DNA from: a virus | Length of the DNA: 64,000 nt | Virus record (IMG/VR): IMGVR_UViG_3300030099_005362 | Direction: 5' to 3' (one strand) | Shown: positions 48,624 through 58,159 of the stretch, one piece after another | Layout of the letters: each line of letters opens with the position of its first letter | How positions within the stretch are numbered: position 1 is the first letter of the stretch | Program-made: the position numbers and the translations under genes | Notes under the pieces: generated by a model | The model's input: the letters and a program-made list of their open reading frames with translations, nothing else | Databases searched by the model: none | What the model was told of the DNA's origin: nothing

Positions 48624-49142
48624 TTATTTAGATTTTTTCTGAATTTTTTCTGAGGCTTCTATCAAGTGTTTCGCAGATAGGTCGTCTTTTGAGATGAATA
48701 TAAGGTCAATCTTTTCTTCAATCATCTTATATATATTCACGTAGTTTGGGGAGCTACTGCACATCTTTGGGTTGGAAATGTCTGAAAAATATATCTTTTC
48801 TATTCCACACTGGTAAAGCATCTGTAGGCAAGATAGGCATGGAATGGCCGTTATGTATGCCGAGGCACCTAATGTAGATCTACCAATCCTTACTGAATTA
48901 TATATGGCGTTTGCTTCGGCGTGTATCATGAAGGGATATTTTTCGGGTCTGGTGTTTGGCAAGCAGTCGTCGTCTATATCTCTTATAAAGCCATTATAAC
49001 CAGACGATATTACCGTTCTGTCTTTTACTAGAACACACCCGCATTGCGTTTGTGTATCGTGGCTTCTTCTAGACCATAGAGTAGCCTCTTCAAAAAATAT
49101 GTTGTCCCAATCGCTTGGTTTCTTTTTATTTAATATTACCAT
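48624..49142 (-). CDS. dCMP deaminase
   Basis: GYNG, IHAEANAI, PCLSC; start MVILNK just after the tmRNA. Confidence 0.9.
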   Translation of the reverse strand: MVILNKKKPSDWDNIFFEEATLWSRRSHDTQTQCGCVLVKDRTVISSGYNGFIRDIDDDCLPNTRPEKYPFMIHAEANAIYNSVRIGRSTLGASAYITAIPCLSCLQMLYQCGIEKIYFSDISNPKMCSSSPNYVNIYKMIEEKIDLIFISKDDLSAKHLIEASEKIQKKSK

Positions 49143-49153
49143 AATCCTAGCAG

Positions 49154-49494
49154 TGGAGGCGGCGGGAATCGAACCCGCGTCCTGCATTGATTCCATAAAA
49201 ACATCTACATTGTTAGCCTGCTGTAATCGCACAACAAACAAAGCTATCCGATTATCGGAGTCAGATGGATTACCATCATCTCACGATTAATTCAAGTAGT
49301 GAGTCCTCTATCTAGGAACGGCCTAGCCCGTTCATGATTGGGCATGAAGGCTCATGAAGCCCCCTGCTGCTACGCAGCGAGTGCGAAATTCTCTTCGACA
49401 CTTAAAAAAATATAATCGGTTTTTATACTGGCCAACCGATCAACCAGTCAATGCAGTCTTTACTTCCACAATCAGTCGAAGCCTAATCGCCCCC
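49154..49494 (-). ncRNA. ssrA: tmRNA (one-piece), tag (A)VEENFALAA
   Basis: 5' GGGGGCG-ATTAGGCTTCGAC; 3' GACGCGGGTTCGATTCCCGCCGCCTCCA; G3-U70 pair; tag ORF 49370-49399. Confidence 0.93.
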
Positions 49495-49496
49495 CC

Positions 49497-50051
49497 TTAT
49501 CTTACTTGTATTTCCATGTCCAGTAATCTTTCTATTTCCTTTGGTATTTTCTTTATTATAGTATGTCTATCGGGCTTTGTCAACTCCTTTCTTGAAGAAA
49601 TTTCCACAATTCTTGCGTTTAGTACTTCTGGATCGTACATTGTTTGTGTTCTCTTTATCTGTTTAGAGATCACAACCCTTTCACATTTATCTGACTGGTC
49701 ATAGTAATGAGTATACCATTTGTCTTTATAAAGATACGGAGAGATGCCGCTTGTTTTATTGAGTCCATAATTATTATTATGAAGAGTAAAATAGTCTATA
49801 ACTACATAGTCAGAGCCTTGATACCAATTTCCGGTAAGCTCACCTTCTTTTATCTCTGGTAGTAATACATTCTTGCGATACTCCCAGAATATAACTTGGG
49901 TGAATTGCTTTTTAATCTCTCCGCTGTCACTATCTCTAAAATACTTATGATTAATCTCTATCATATCTACGTAGTCAACGACAAAAGTTTTTTCTTTTGT
50001 CCCAGCGTCCAAGAAGACAATCAGTGTCAATATTTTGACTACGTTGAGCAT
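49497..50051 (-). CDS. hypothetical protein
   Basis: 184-aa ORF. Confidence 0.6.
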   Translation of the reverse strand: MLNVVKILTLIVFLDAGTKEKTFVVDYVDMIEINHKYFRDSDSGEIKKQFTQVIFWEYRKNVLLPEIKEGELTGNWYQGSDYVVIDYFTLHNNNYGLNKTSGISPYLYKDKWYTHYYDQSDKCERVVISKQIKRTQTMYDPEVLNARIVEISSRKELTKPDRHTIIKKIPKEIERLLDMEIQVR

Positions 50052-50057
50052 CAGACA

Positions 50058-50786
50058 CTATCCAACACCCAAGAGCATCATACTGCGTCCACCTCCGCCA
50101 CCGGCAGTACCTTCTCTGAGAGCAATATTAGCAAATGCAATGGCATCAACCTCACCGCCAACCACGCTAATTGTGTCTATCTGTAAGGCACCTACGGTCT
50201 CCGCTGAGACGGAGTTTTTCTGTATGCTAATCATTCCAACTTCTGAGCCTGTCAGTATTGCTCGTCTAGTATGACCCGTGAATGATTGTGCGTTGTCGAG
50301 CGTTCCCTCGTCACCGTTGTCGTTACACGCAGCAATTCTGAACAACTCATCATCAAATGAGTCTGTAGTACAGGACGCTATATTGAAATACGGAGGAAAA
50401 CCGGGGGTTTGATATTTTTTAACGTTGTCTTGGCCAGACCCTCTTAGCACAAGCGGCTGTCCTGTATTACATCCAGAAAATCTATGAACAATAAATCTCT
50501 TGTCAGAAGCGTTATCAGTACTACTTGTAACTGGATTTGATTCAGAGGAAGTGGCTATCTTGTAAAAAACAAAGAAACGACAAAGGTTTGTTCCAAAGTA
50601 AGCGTCTGTGGCCTGCTCATCGACAAGTTGTGTATAGCCAGTCGGGGTACTGAGTGCGAAGGCACCCTCGTGTACACCAGCAATAAGTATCAAATCGTTT
50701 TCTACCACTCCCGCAGGTAGGGCTATTGTTAAGCTAGTCCCCGATGTAAACGAGGTAGTTTGTGTGCCTTCTAATACTACTGCCAC
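50058..50786 (-). CDS. putative virion/tail-associated beta-rich protein
   Basis: T/S/G-rich; LPAGVVENDLILI...PTGYT...FYKIAT pattern. Confidence 0.45.
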   Translation of the reverse strand: MAVVLEGTQTTSFTSGTSLTIALPAGVVENDLILIAGVHEGAFALSTPTGYTQLVDEQATDAYFGTNLCRFFVFYKIATSSESNPVTSSTDNASDKRFIVHRFSGCNTGQPLVLRGSGQDNVKKYQTPGFPPYFNIASCTTDSFDDELFRIAACNDNGDEGTLDNAQSFTGHTRRAILTGSEVGMISIQKNSVSAETVGALQIDTISVVGGEVDAIAFANIALREGTAGGGGGRSMMLLGVG

Positions 50787-50849
50787 TTTACTGCTCCAAT
50801 TTTATTTTATGAAAACTTTTAAGCCACAATAGTATACACAATTTATCTT

Positions 50850-52232
50850 TTAACCGGCATTTGGATTATATAGATTTATCTCATCGTATTCATATCTATA
50901 TAGCCGTTTACCGTTATTTTGTCGGGGTATTTGTTCTAATAGAGACTCAGACCATGTGGCACAACGTCCACAGTTTCTTCTGCCCTTATTTCCACCGTGT
51001 GAAATTGCTGAATATTCAGCTATGTGCTGCACGGGAGAGGGGTCACAAAACCACATTGTTCTTCCCATTATGTTCATTATCTTTCCTATTGCTGTATCGC
51101 TGTTCTGCACCCTCCAAGGTTCTGCCCTTCTCTTCTCTTGCATTGACTCCCAAGCGGATTTTGTTCTTAGTCTTGCTCCTAGCCAGTTTTTAGTAAAGTC
51201 TAGCTCAACCACCTGCTCCAGTATTTTTCTAGGCCAAACTAGGGCACAGGCACCCCACATGCTCTTTGTTATTACTCTATTTACTCCACGATCCCTTTGC
51301 TCTGTCTTTTTGTGTGGCTTAAGACTATAGTGCTTGGGGGTGTAAAGTGAGACAAAACCAACCTCTGTATCTGGCCACAGGATGTTTTGCTCTAAAAAGG
51401 TCTTTGAATCGGGATGAAACAGTGAATCGTCCTGTACCGTAAGAATAGTATTTGCATCGCTATTTTCTAAAGCATATCTACAGGAGTCTAGCCAGTTATG
51501 CCAAACTCCTCTCTTTGTCTCATTGTTAATGGTAAATTCTTCGTATTGCTTCCCAAGGCCACGAACATTTGGTTCCGCAAATATAAAGGGAGTAAATCCC
51601 GCTATCTGTAGTGACTCAACACAGTTCTGTAGAGTTGAAACTTTTCTAGGTGCTGTAGTCACTGCACAGAACCACTTTGTCTTGGGATTATCGGCTTCTT
51701 CTTTTTCTCGTACCTTGTTAATAGCAGACTCCACCAGTCTTTTGGCTACAACTTTAGTAGCTGACGAAGGAACCCAACTAAACAAAACCCTTTTATTAGA
51801 CTCTGCTACTAGGTGATCAATTATTGCCTGTTTGTTGTTGGTGCATCCTTCTACTCCCCATATGTTCATCTTCTTGGCCCAGCTTTTACAAGAACAACCG
51901 GGCCTTTCTAAAAACTTTGGTATCATTTTGTGTAGCTCTGTACCAACTCCTTCTCCTATCTTCTCTGAGACAGAACGAAGAAGGTTTTCTCCTGATTCTT
52001 CTGCGGCCTTCAGTGCTAACTTTTGAACCGTCTTACAGGCCGCCGTTTTTCCATCCTTATGCCAGTTACAGATTTCACATCTGTAGGGATTTGGTATTTT
52101 TGCCGGAACCCCAGCCATATCAGATGCGAGTTTGCATATTTTATCTTCACCAAAATCTGCCAGATGATGACAGTCAATGTCTTCCCAAGTTGCGTCTGGG
52201 TTCCCTATTATCATGTGAAATTCTTTAGCCAT
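50850..52232 (-). CDS. Cys-rich N-terminal domain fused to a glycosyltransferase-like (GT-A) domain
   Basis: CSCKSWAKKMNIWGVEGC; VTTAPR, VQDDSLF, PSPVQHI. Confidence 0.55.
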   Translation of the reverse strand: MAKEFHMIIGNPDATWEDIDCHHLADFGEDKICKLASDMAGVPAKIPNPYRCEICNWHKDGKTAACKTVQKLALKAAEESGENLLRSVSEKIGEGVGTELHKMIPKFLERPGCSCKSWAKKMNIWGVEGCTNNKQAIIDHLVAESNKRVLFSWVPSSATKVVAKRLVESAINKVREKEEADNPKTKWFCAVTTAPRKVSTLQNCVESLQIAGFTPFIFAEPNVRGLGKQYEEFTINNETKRGVWHNWLDSCRYALENSDANTILTVQDDSLFHPDSKTFLEQNILWPDTEVGFVSLYTPKHYSLKPHKKTEQRDRGVNRVITKSMWGACALVWPRKILEQVVELDFTKNWLGARLRTKSAWESMQEKRRAEPWRVQNSDTAIGKIMNIMGRTMWFCDPSPVQHIAEYSAISHGGNKGRRNCGRCATWSESLLEQIPRQNNGKRLYRYEYDEINLYNPNAG

Positions 52233-52250
52233 TTGTACTTTCCGTTTGGT

Positions 52251-52496
52251 TTATATAATATAAATAGGAGTGTTATTACCGACATAGGCTCCAAAAGTAT
52301 TGTACTCAAGCCACTCTAGAGCCTCGTCTTGATCTATACTAAGATTATTTGCTGCTATCTCTACCATTTTCGGAATATAATAAGCAACCCTTCCTGAATC
52401 GTGGCCACCACAAACGCCAATAATAGCGTCGTCATAACCATTGGCAAACAGAAGATCATCGCCAAAATATTCGCACAACTTTTCACGAATTCCCAT
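52251..52496 (-). CDS. conserved phage hypothetical protein
   Basis: GYDDAIIG...EALEWLEYNTFGAYVG..TP. Confidence 0.6.
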   Translation of the reverse strand: MGIREKLCEYFGDDLLFANGYDDAIIGVCGGHDSGRVAYYIPKMVEIAANNLSIDQDEALEWLEYNTFGAYVGNNTPIYII

Positions 52497-52686
52497 GTCC
52501 CTTGAATCCTTTTTTCCATGTTTTCTTGTCCTTGTCCCACCATTGTCGATACTTTTCTACTATCGTCTTGGACTTTTCGTTAATCAATTTTATATGCTCC
52601 CGAAACGCCTGAAGCTCTGCTTCATCTGTTTTGCGGGGTTTATATTTTTTCTTTTTTGCCATATTAAGTTCTCTCAACGCAAACAA
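52483..52686 (-). CDS. small basic hypothetical protein (likely start MAKKKK)
   Basis: ORF in gene run. Confidence 0.55.
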   Translation of the reverse strand: MFALRELNMAKKKKYKPRKTDEAELQAFREHIKLINEKSKTIVEKYRQWWDKDKKTWKKGFKGHGNS

Positions 52687-53224
52687 CGGCGATCTGACGA
52701 CCTAACACAGAGCAGGGCTGTGAAACTTGGGCACACTGACAGTTTAGCGATCCTGTCGAGCTATCACATTCATCAACTATTATGTCATACGCCCAGTGAT
52801 CAAAACACTTCCATATACAGTAACCGTCTTGGAGGCAGTCTTCTCCGGGTGGCCCCAGACTTGAGAGCGAAAGAGACTCAGAAACCGTGGAAACCGACAC
52901 GGAACTAGAGCCTAACGACGACGAAGCAGACGACGAAACCGAAAAAGAGGAACTGCTACCCGACGAGGACGATCTAGATGAAGAAGACGATGAAGAAGAT
53001 AAAGACCTAGAGGAAGACAAGGATGACGAAGACGACAAAGATGACGAAGACGACGAAGCAGACGACGAAGCAGACGAAGAACTAGACGACGAAGACGATG
53101 AAGCAGACGACGAGGAAGAGCTAGACGATGACGACGACTGGGAGGAACTGCTGCCACTACTGCTACTTGATGAGCTTGAGCTACTACTAGGATCGTCTTT
53201 GCAGCACTTGCACGGCCTTCCCAT
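52664..53224 (-). CDS. poly-serine protein with Cys-rich termini
   Basis: MGRPCKCCK, ~110-aa Ser-dominated tract, Cys-rich C-terminus; GGAG RBS. Confidence 0.7.
   Translation of the reverse strand: MGRPCKCCKDDPSSSSSSSSSSSGSSSSQSSSSSSSSSSSASSSSSSSSSSASSSASSSSSSLSSSSSLSSSRSLSSSSSSSSRSSSSGSSSSFSVSSSASSSLGSSSVSVSTVSESLSLSSLGPPGEDCLQDGYCIWKCFDHWAYDIIVDECDSSTGSLNCQCAQVSQPCSVLGRQIAVVCVERT
52890..53190. repeat. low-complexity trinucleotide tract (Ser codons TCG/TCT/TCA/AGY)
   Basis: imperfect gacgacgaa/gacgaagaa repeats on the + strand. Confidence 0.8.
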
Positions 53225-53261
53225 TTCTTCTCCAGATACTAACTTTTACTATTTTTACTAT

Positions 53262-53594
53262 TTAAGTGGTCTCGTATGGCCAAATTTTTGCAAGCTCATC
53301 CGTAACTCCCTGTATCTCCACTATCCATCTACCGTATTTACCGGTCTTGTTTGTTTTTATAATAACGCTGCCCTCATAAGGAAAGGACGCCTTAGACTTT
53401 TCTAAAAGTTCCCTGCACATCTTTGCCGCCACGATAAAATCCTTGTGGCCTCGCTCTGGAGTATCTACACCAGCGAGCCTGCCCCTAACTTTCATATACA
53501 CACTGAACCCTAGATCTACGATAAAGTCAACAGTGTCTCCGTCAACAACCCTGTGTACAGTAGCCTTGTATTCATACATTATTGGGGAAACCAC
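53262..53594 (-). CDS. thermonuclease (SNase-like)
   Basis: RVVDGDT, RLAGVDTPE, GKYGRW. Confidence 0.85.
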   Translation of the reverse strand: MVSPIMYEYKATVHRVVDGDTVDFIVDLGFSVYMKVRGRLAGVDTPERGHKDFIVAAKMCRELLEKSKASFPYEGSVIIKTNKTGKYGRWIVEIQGVTDELAKIWPYETT

Positions 53595-53794
53595 CTGTCT
53601 AGTGTATCTAGTCTATCCTCTGCATCAGCCAGTTTTGACAATGCCTCGTTTAAATTGGAGTGTAGGTCTTCAGTGCTATGGTCTCCTATCCCAGCGGGAT
53701 GGTCTAGCATTATATTAAGACTGCACAAAGCCTCGGCTCTATCTGCTCTAGCTTTCATATAAAGGGACTCGATAGCACTATCTCTATATTCCAT
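53579..53794 (-). CDS. conserved phage hypothetical protein
   Basis: PAGIGDHS...LADAEDRL motif. Confidence 0.6.
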   Translation of the reverse strand: MEYRDSAIESLYMKARADRAEALCSLNIMLDHPAGIGDHSTEDLHSNLNEALSKLADAEDRLDTLDRWFPQ

Positions 53795-54536
53795 TTAATA
53801 TCCTTTTCTTAAAGTTGGTTTCACTGTAATTATAGTAAAGTTTAAAATCTTTAGCATATGTTTTTTGTAACCATTTCATATTTTTTTCAGATATTGGTCT
53901 TTGATCGGCGTTTGAGCTTCTATTTTTGTGAGGAAGAATGTAATCTAATCCTAGTTGTTTTGTTAGGTAGTCAATTTCTTGCTCTATATTATCCATTATA
54001 ATTACAATAGAGGGCTTGAGATACCAACTAGCCTGCGGCTCAAATGGAAATATATACTGACATTTTTTAGGGCCGATGTAGTTTAATGCTGATTCTAAAA
54101 CATTAGACTCTATAATATATTTTATGGTATATGCGAGTGCTCCCGTACCCTCTCTTAGTATAGAAATCCAAGCGTTTGGCCTATTCGACAAGGCCTGTAT
54201 GTCTTTAAAAATCTGAGATTTTCTATTGTCTATGAATGTTGGCAGACTTATCTTTTTGTCTTTATTTTTTTTTCTGATAGATTTGAAATGGTCATCTATC
54301 TTTTTGTGCTTTTCTGATAGTGTTTCTTCACACATTTCAAAAAAGTCTGAAACATACTTGACAGCAGACTTAAATCTATCTACTGGATTTCTAATTATTA
54401 GTATTTGATTTTTTATAGACGGGCTACTTACGTCTGCTCCGTGACCGTTGTACTTTATGAGGCCGTTGCTTTGAAGGCAAAGGTGTCTCATTGAAGTACC
54501 CGCTGTCTTGGGCACATGAATAAAATTAAACATCAA
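53784..54536 (-). CDS. sulfotransferase family protein
   Basis: FIHVPKTAGTS; RNPVDRFKS; YAKDF. Confidence 0.75.
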   Translation of the reverse strand: MMFNFIHVPKTAGTSMRHLCLQSNGLIKYNGHGADVSSPSIKNQILIIRNPVDRFKSAVKYVSDFFEMCEETLSEKHKKIDDHFKSIRKKNKDKKISLPTFIDNRKSQIFKDIQALSNRPNAWISILREGTGALAYTIKYIIESNVLESALNYIGPKKCQYIFPFEPQASWYLKPSIVIIMDNIEQEIDYLTKQLGLDYILPHKNRSSNADQRPISEKNMKWLQKTYAKDFKLYYNYSETNFKKRILNGI

Positions 54537-54853
54537 AAGTCAAGTTCGGAATTGAACTCCTCTGTCAACTCTATGTAGTCGGAAAGTGCCAGCATTATCA
54601 ATAATATATACTGATTCAACTCACAGGGAGTTAGTTCAAAGCCCTTTTCTGCTATTTTATGTCTTAGATGAAGCCTTTGTCCCCTATCTAGCTCGCAAAT
54701 TGTCATTAGATAGTGTGTTGTTTCTGGATCTCCATCTAGAAAAAGATCTATAAAGTTACTGTAGGAGTCCCAAGCTGTGTTCTCCTCAAGTGCTGGTTCA
54801 TACAGGCTCCTTAGTATCCTGCTAATTCTTTTTTTCTCCATTGTTCTATTCAC
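54533..54853 (-). CDS. hypothetical protein
   Basis: ORF in gene run. Confidence 0.55.
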   Translation of the reverse strand: MNRTMEKKRISRILRSLYEPALEENTAWDSYSNFIDLFLDGDPETTHYLMTICELDRGQRLHLRHKIAEKGFELTPCELNQYILLIMLALSDYIELTEEFNSELDF

Positions 54854-54892
54854 TTTTAACGAGGGTTTTCTCTGCTATATTTCTATACGCAA

Positions 54893-55951
54893 TTAAATCG
54901 AGTTATCAAAGTGTGTTCTACCTACTTTTATAGCCTTAGCACATTTTGGCAAATCCTTAAGGGACGTGGCTCCAACATAAGCACAACAGCTACGTAGACC
55001 TCCTTTAACGTCACTCATAACAGAGTCTGCTGATCCCTTGTATGGCACAATTTTAACTCTACCCTCGCTGGTAGCATAGTTATTCATGCCTCCGCTATGT
55101 TTATCCTGTGCTTTTTCGGACGACATACCGTAAAATTTAAGACCCGTTTTCTTTTCTTCAGTAGAATATTGCCACTCTCCCTCACATTCGTCTGTTCCTG
55201 CGAACATACCGCCCAGCATCACAAAGTCGGCATTAGCAGCGAAGGCCTTGCAAATATCAGCAGGGATTCTACATCCTCCATCGGCACATACCAGCCCCAT
55301 CTTTCCATCGCCGCTTTTTAGTCCGTGAGCAGCATGGCTACATTCAATAATTGCTGAAAGCTGTGGGTATCCTACTCCAGTTTTTAGTCTTGTTGTACAG
55401 GCACTTCCCGGTCCAATACCTATCTTTACAATATCAACACCGCCATGAAGAACCAACTCCTGAACCATCTCAGGTGTACAAACGTTGCCAGCCATAATGA
55501 TTGAATCTGGAAAATGTGATCTAACCAACAAACACCATTCTACAAATTTTTCAGTGTATCCATTGGCAATATCTATGCAAATATTTGGGCTAGAGTGGAT
55601 TCCTTTTTTGATGGCGTGTAGTTTCTCTAAATCGTTCTTATTCATTCCTATAGAAACCCACACGCTGGACTCTATATTGTAGTATTTAAAGTACTCCACA
55701 ACCCTGTCAGGATCGTGGTACTTGTGAAGGCATGTTACCGCTTCGTGTTTTGACAAAGCAGCACCCATATTAAAGGTGCCAGTAGTATCCATATTGGCCG
55801 CAATAATAGGGAGTCCATGCCACTCTTTTGGCGAGTGAAAAAACTTGAAGGTTCTTTTTAATTGTACTTCCTTTCTACTGGCGGAAGGCGAGCGTGCTGG
55901 AACCAATAGGATGTCGTCAAAGTCTAATTTAGTTTCGTCTACTATTTTCAT
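54893..55951 (-). CDS. guaC: GMP reductase
   Basis: [49 protein letters not shown]. Confidence 0.93.
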   Translation of the reverse strand: MKIVDETKLDFDDILLVPARSPSASRKEVQLKRTFKFFHSPKEWHGLPIIAANMDTTGTFNMGAALSKHEAVTCLHKYHDPDRVVEYFKYYNIESSVWVSIGMNKNDLEKLHAIKKGIHSSPNICIDIANGYTEKFVEWCLLVRSHFPDSIIMAGNVCTPEMVQELVLHGGVDIVKIGIGPGSACTTRLKTGVGYPQLSAIIECSHAAHGLKSGDGKMGLVCADGGCRIPADICKAFAANADFVMLGGMFAGTDECEGEWQYSTEEKKTGLKFYGMSSEKAQDKHSGGMNNYATSEGRVKIVPYKGSADSVMSDVKGGLRSCCAYVGATSLKDLPKCAKAIKVGRTHFDNSI

Positions 55952-56566
55952 TTATTCCCAATCGTAAGATACAAACCATTTACTAAAGTCTTGCTGTTTC
56001 AAAACCACGCCCTGCTTACCGCCCATATAGCTTATGGGTCTGAAGCCAGCAGTCTTGTTGACGTTGTTATAAAATTCTTTAACTCTGGGCGACCACATTA
56101 TGCCCCATTTAATTTGCTGACTCTTGGACTCCACTAATTTAATATGGCGATCAAAGTCATAATCTCTTGGCTTTCTTAGGTCTGTTCCACATCTCACTGA
56201 ATTATAGATAAAGAGAATGCTCGCTTGTTCTCTAACATAAGCCTTCAGATCATTTTCTTTTAATGTAAATTTACCAGCCGTAGGAACCCACTTAATCTCT
56301 AGCGGCTCATCTGTTAGTTGTGCGTCTAATCCTTCGCCTCTTATTGATCCAGATATTTTATAGTCAGCACCGGCGGTATTCCCTTTAGCAATAAACTCTC
56401 CATCATTGCCGCAACCATTGTCACTCCATTCTGAAACATGTAGGCCGCACGCTCCAGACTTAACTTTTTCTAGCCACTCAGTAAAGAAATATTTCTCTAG
56501 TTTTGTGGCAAAGTGAATGTCTTTTTTAAAAGTTGACACGCTTCTGTTATCGAATCTCGTTGACAT
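55952..56566 (-). CDS. hypothetical protein, possible PD-(D/E)XK fold
   Basis: ADY...LEIK pattern. Confidence 0.4.
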   Translation of the reverse strand: MSTRFDNRSVSTFKKDIHFATKLEKYFFTEWLEKVKSGACGLHVSEWSDNGCGNDGEFIAKGNTAGADYKISGSIRGEGLDAQLTDEPLEIKWVPTAGKFTLKENDLKAYVREQASILFIYNSVRCGTDLRKPRDYDFDRHIKLVESKSQQIKWGIMWSPRVKEFYNNVNKTAGFRPISYMGGKQGVVLKQQDFSKWFVSYDWE

Positions 56567-57393
56567 TGTTTATCCTTTGTGGTTAGGTCACGGACTAATT
56601 CGTTATAGTTTTCTACTGCCTCTAAGGGGCTGGAATTTATATTGTTTTGTTTTGCTATTGAGATCATACTTGACAGTTCTTTTGGTAGACACTTGCCACC
56701 AAACCCCCTCTTTCCGTCATGACCGGGAACTTGCCAGTGAATGTCGCCCACGCGAGGGTCTGCTTCCTGCATGACTTCAATCATTTTGTTGTAATCTATT
56801 CCTAGAGAGTTACATATATCATAAATTATATTTGCGAAAGTAATTTTTGTCGAGAAGAAACTATTGGTTGTAGTTTTTATCATCTCTGCGGTAGTGGGGT
56901 CTGTATAGATACAATCAGAATCTGGCCAAGCCATGCTATGATAGTCTGAGAGCAAATGCTTCATCGAAGGGTCAGGTATCCCTAGAAGATGCTTAGTTGT
57001 GTTTTTAACGTCTTCTACTGCTGTTCTTTCGGTTAGAAACTCTGGATTGCATACCAAGACGCAGTGATTATACTTTTCTTGAAGTCTCTGTGTTGTGTGC
57101 GGAGACATCGTTGATTTTATTAGGACGACAGTAAACTTGCTGACTCTCTTGGAGTAGTAATTAATGAGCTTGCAAGCATTGTCCACATGCAGGGTGTCAC
57201 ACTTCCCATGTTTATCAGATGGAGTAGGGACACAAAGATATATAATGTTAGATTTTTCGACCACCCTTTGGTATCCTAAGTTCATGTCTACCGTATCAGA
57301 TAGATCATATGACGATACGCTAAATATCTTTTTCAGGTGCGACAACAAGGCGGAGCCAACAAAGCCCCTACCTATGATTCCTACGTTATACAT
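56497..57393 (-). CDS. UDP-glucose/GDP-mannose dehydrogenase family protein (lacks C-terminal domain)
   Basis: GRGFVG, CVPTP, IKST, NPEFLTE, GFGGKCLPKE. Confidence 0.85.
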   Translation of the reverse strand: MYNVGIIGRGFVGSALLSHLKKIFSVSSYDLSDTVDMNLGYQRVVEKSNIIYLCVPTPSDKHGKCDTLHVDNACKLINYYSKRVSKFTVVLIKSTMSPHTTQRLQEKYNHCVLVCNPEFLTERTAVEDVKNTTKHLLGIPDPSMKHLLSDYHSMAWPDSDCIYTDPTTAEMIKTTTNSFFSTKITFANIIYDICNSLGIDYNKMIEVMQEADPRVGDIHWQVPGHDGKRGFGGKCLPKELSSMISIAKQNNINSSPLEAVENYNELVRDLTTKDKQCQRDSITEACQLLKKTFTLPQN

Positions 57394-57394
57394 C

Positions 57395-57649
57395 TTACAG
57401 TCCTATGAGATTTTTAATTCCGCCCAAGTCAAAGCCGCCCTTAAATATAATTAAATAAGCGGCTATAGCTGCCACTATCATAAACACCAGCCACTTTCTT
57501 TTGGTTGCAACAGCATATGCTTTTGCGGTGACTTCTTTTATTCTTTCTAGGCGAAATAGCCTTCTAGACTCTTTTCTTTCTTTGAGTCTCTCGTGCTTCT
57601 CGTTTTTTAGTTTTTCTTTTTCTTCTTTGTTCTTTTTGAATAGTGGCAT
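57395..57649 (-). CDS. basic protein with C-terminal TM
   Basis: K/E/R-rich N-terminus; WLVFMIVAAIAAYLII. Confidence 0.6.
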   Translation of the reverse strand: MPLFKKNKEEKEKLKNEKHERLKERKESRRLFRLERIKEVTAKAYAVATKRKWLVFMIVAAIAAYLIIFKGGFDLGGIKNLIGL

Positions 57650-57650
57650 G

Positions 57651-57851
57651 TTATCTCCAAAATAGAAGGATTTTGTGCCAGAGTGGACGATCCTTCTTGT
57701 TTTTTGTTTGTTTAGTTTGTCTTTTGTGTCTGTTCTCTTCGTCGAAATAAATCTTTCTTAGTTCAGGCGTACTCGTTCTTTTCTTGAGTGTCAACGCAAC
57801 CCGACCATAATGAGAGTCAGACATATCCCTAGTTTCGCTTCGTCCTGCCAT
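57651..57851 (-). CDS. small basic hypothetical protein
   Basis: ORF in gene run. Confidence 0.5.
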   Translation of the reverse strand: MAGRSETRDMSDSHYGRVALTLKKRTSTPELRKIYFDEENRHKRQTKQTKNKKDRPLWHKILLFWR

Positions 57852-58046
57852 TTAATTTCCATCCCAACCCTCTTGCCAAGATCTAAATTCTGGATCTTCG
57901 TCTTCTTCAACGAAGCATATGTTAAATTCTTGGTGAAGTCTCTCGAAATACTTCATGGGGATTTTTATTGTTTGGTTGTAATGATCCGCCTCAAAAACAG
58001 AGTTGTACAGAACATCACCCCAAGCCTTCTTTAGTTCATGAAACAC
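57852..58046 (-). CDS. small acidic hypothetical protein
   Basis: likely GTG start overlapping the upstream TAG (ORF track 58079). Confidence 0.5.
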   Translation of the reverse strand: MFHELKKAWGDVLYNSVFEADHYNQTIKIPMKYFERLHQEFNICFVEEDEDPEFRSWQEGWDGN

Positions 58047-58144
58047 TATACACCCCCGTAGATATAGATGCCCATACAAAGACTTACGCCCAGAAGAAAA
58101 CCCAATACGAAGTCTTTAGTCTCTAAGTTATTCATTTTTTTCAT
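58046..58144 (-). CDS. 32-aa TM peptide MKKMNNLETKDFVLGFLLGVSLCMGIYIYGGV (not in ORF track)
   Basis: manual translation; GAGG RBS; directly after a promoter. Confidence 0.55.
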   Translation of the reverse strand: MKKMNNLETKDFVLGFLLGVSLCMGIYIYGGV

Positions 58145-58159
58145 TTCCTCTTGCCCCTT

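Noticed and set aside
49143-49241. N-terminal extension of dCMP deaminase in the ORF track
   Set aside because: It is read-through of the tmRNA 3' end; a better start with an AGGA RBS is at 49142
52887-53405. 172-aa Asp/Glu-rich ORF on the + strand
   Set aside because: Antisense shadow of the poly-Ser codons; it overlaps two minus-strand genes, and every supported gene in the window is on the minus strand
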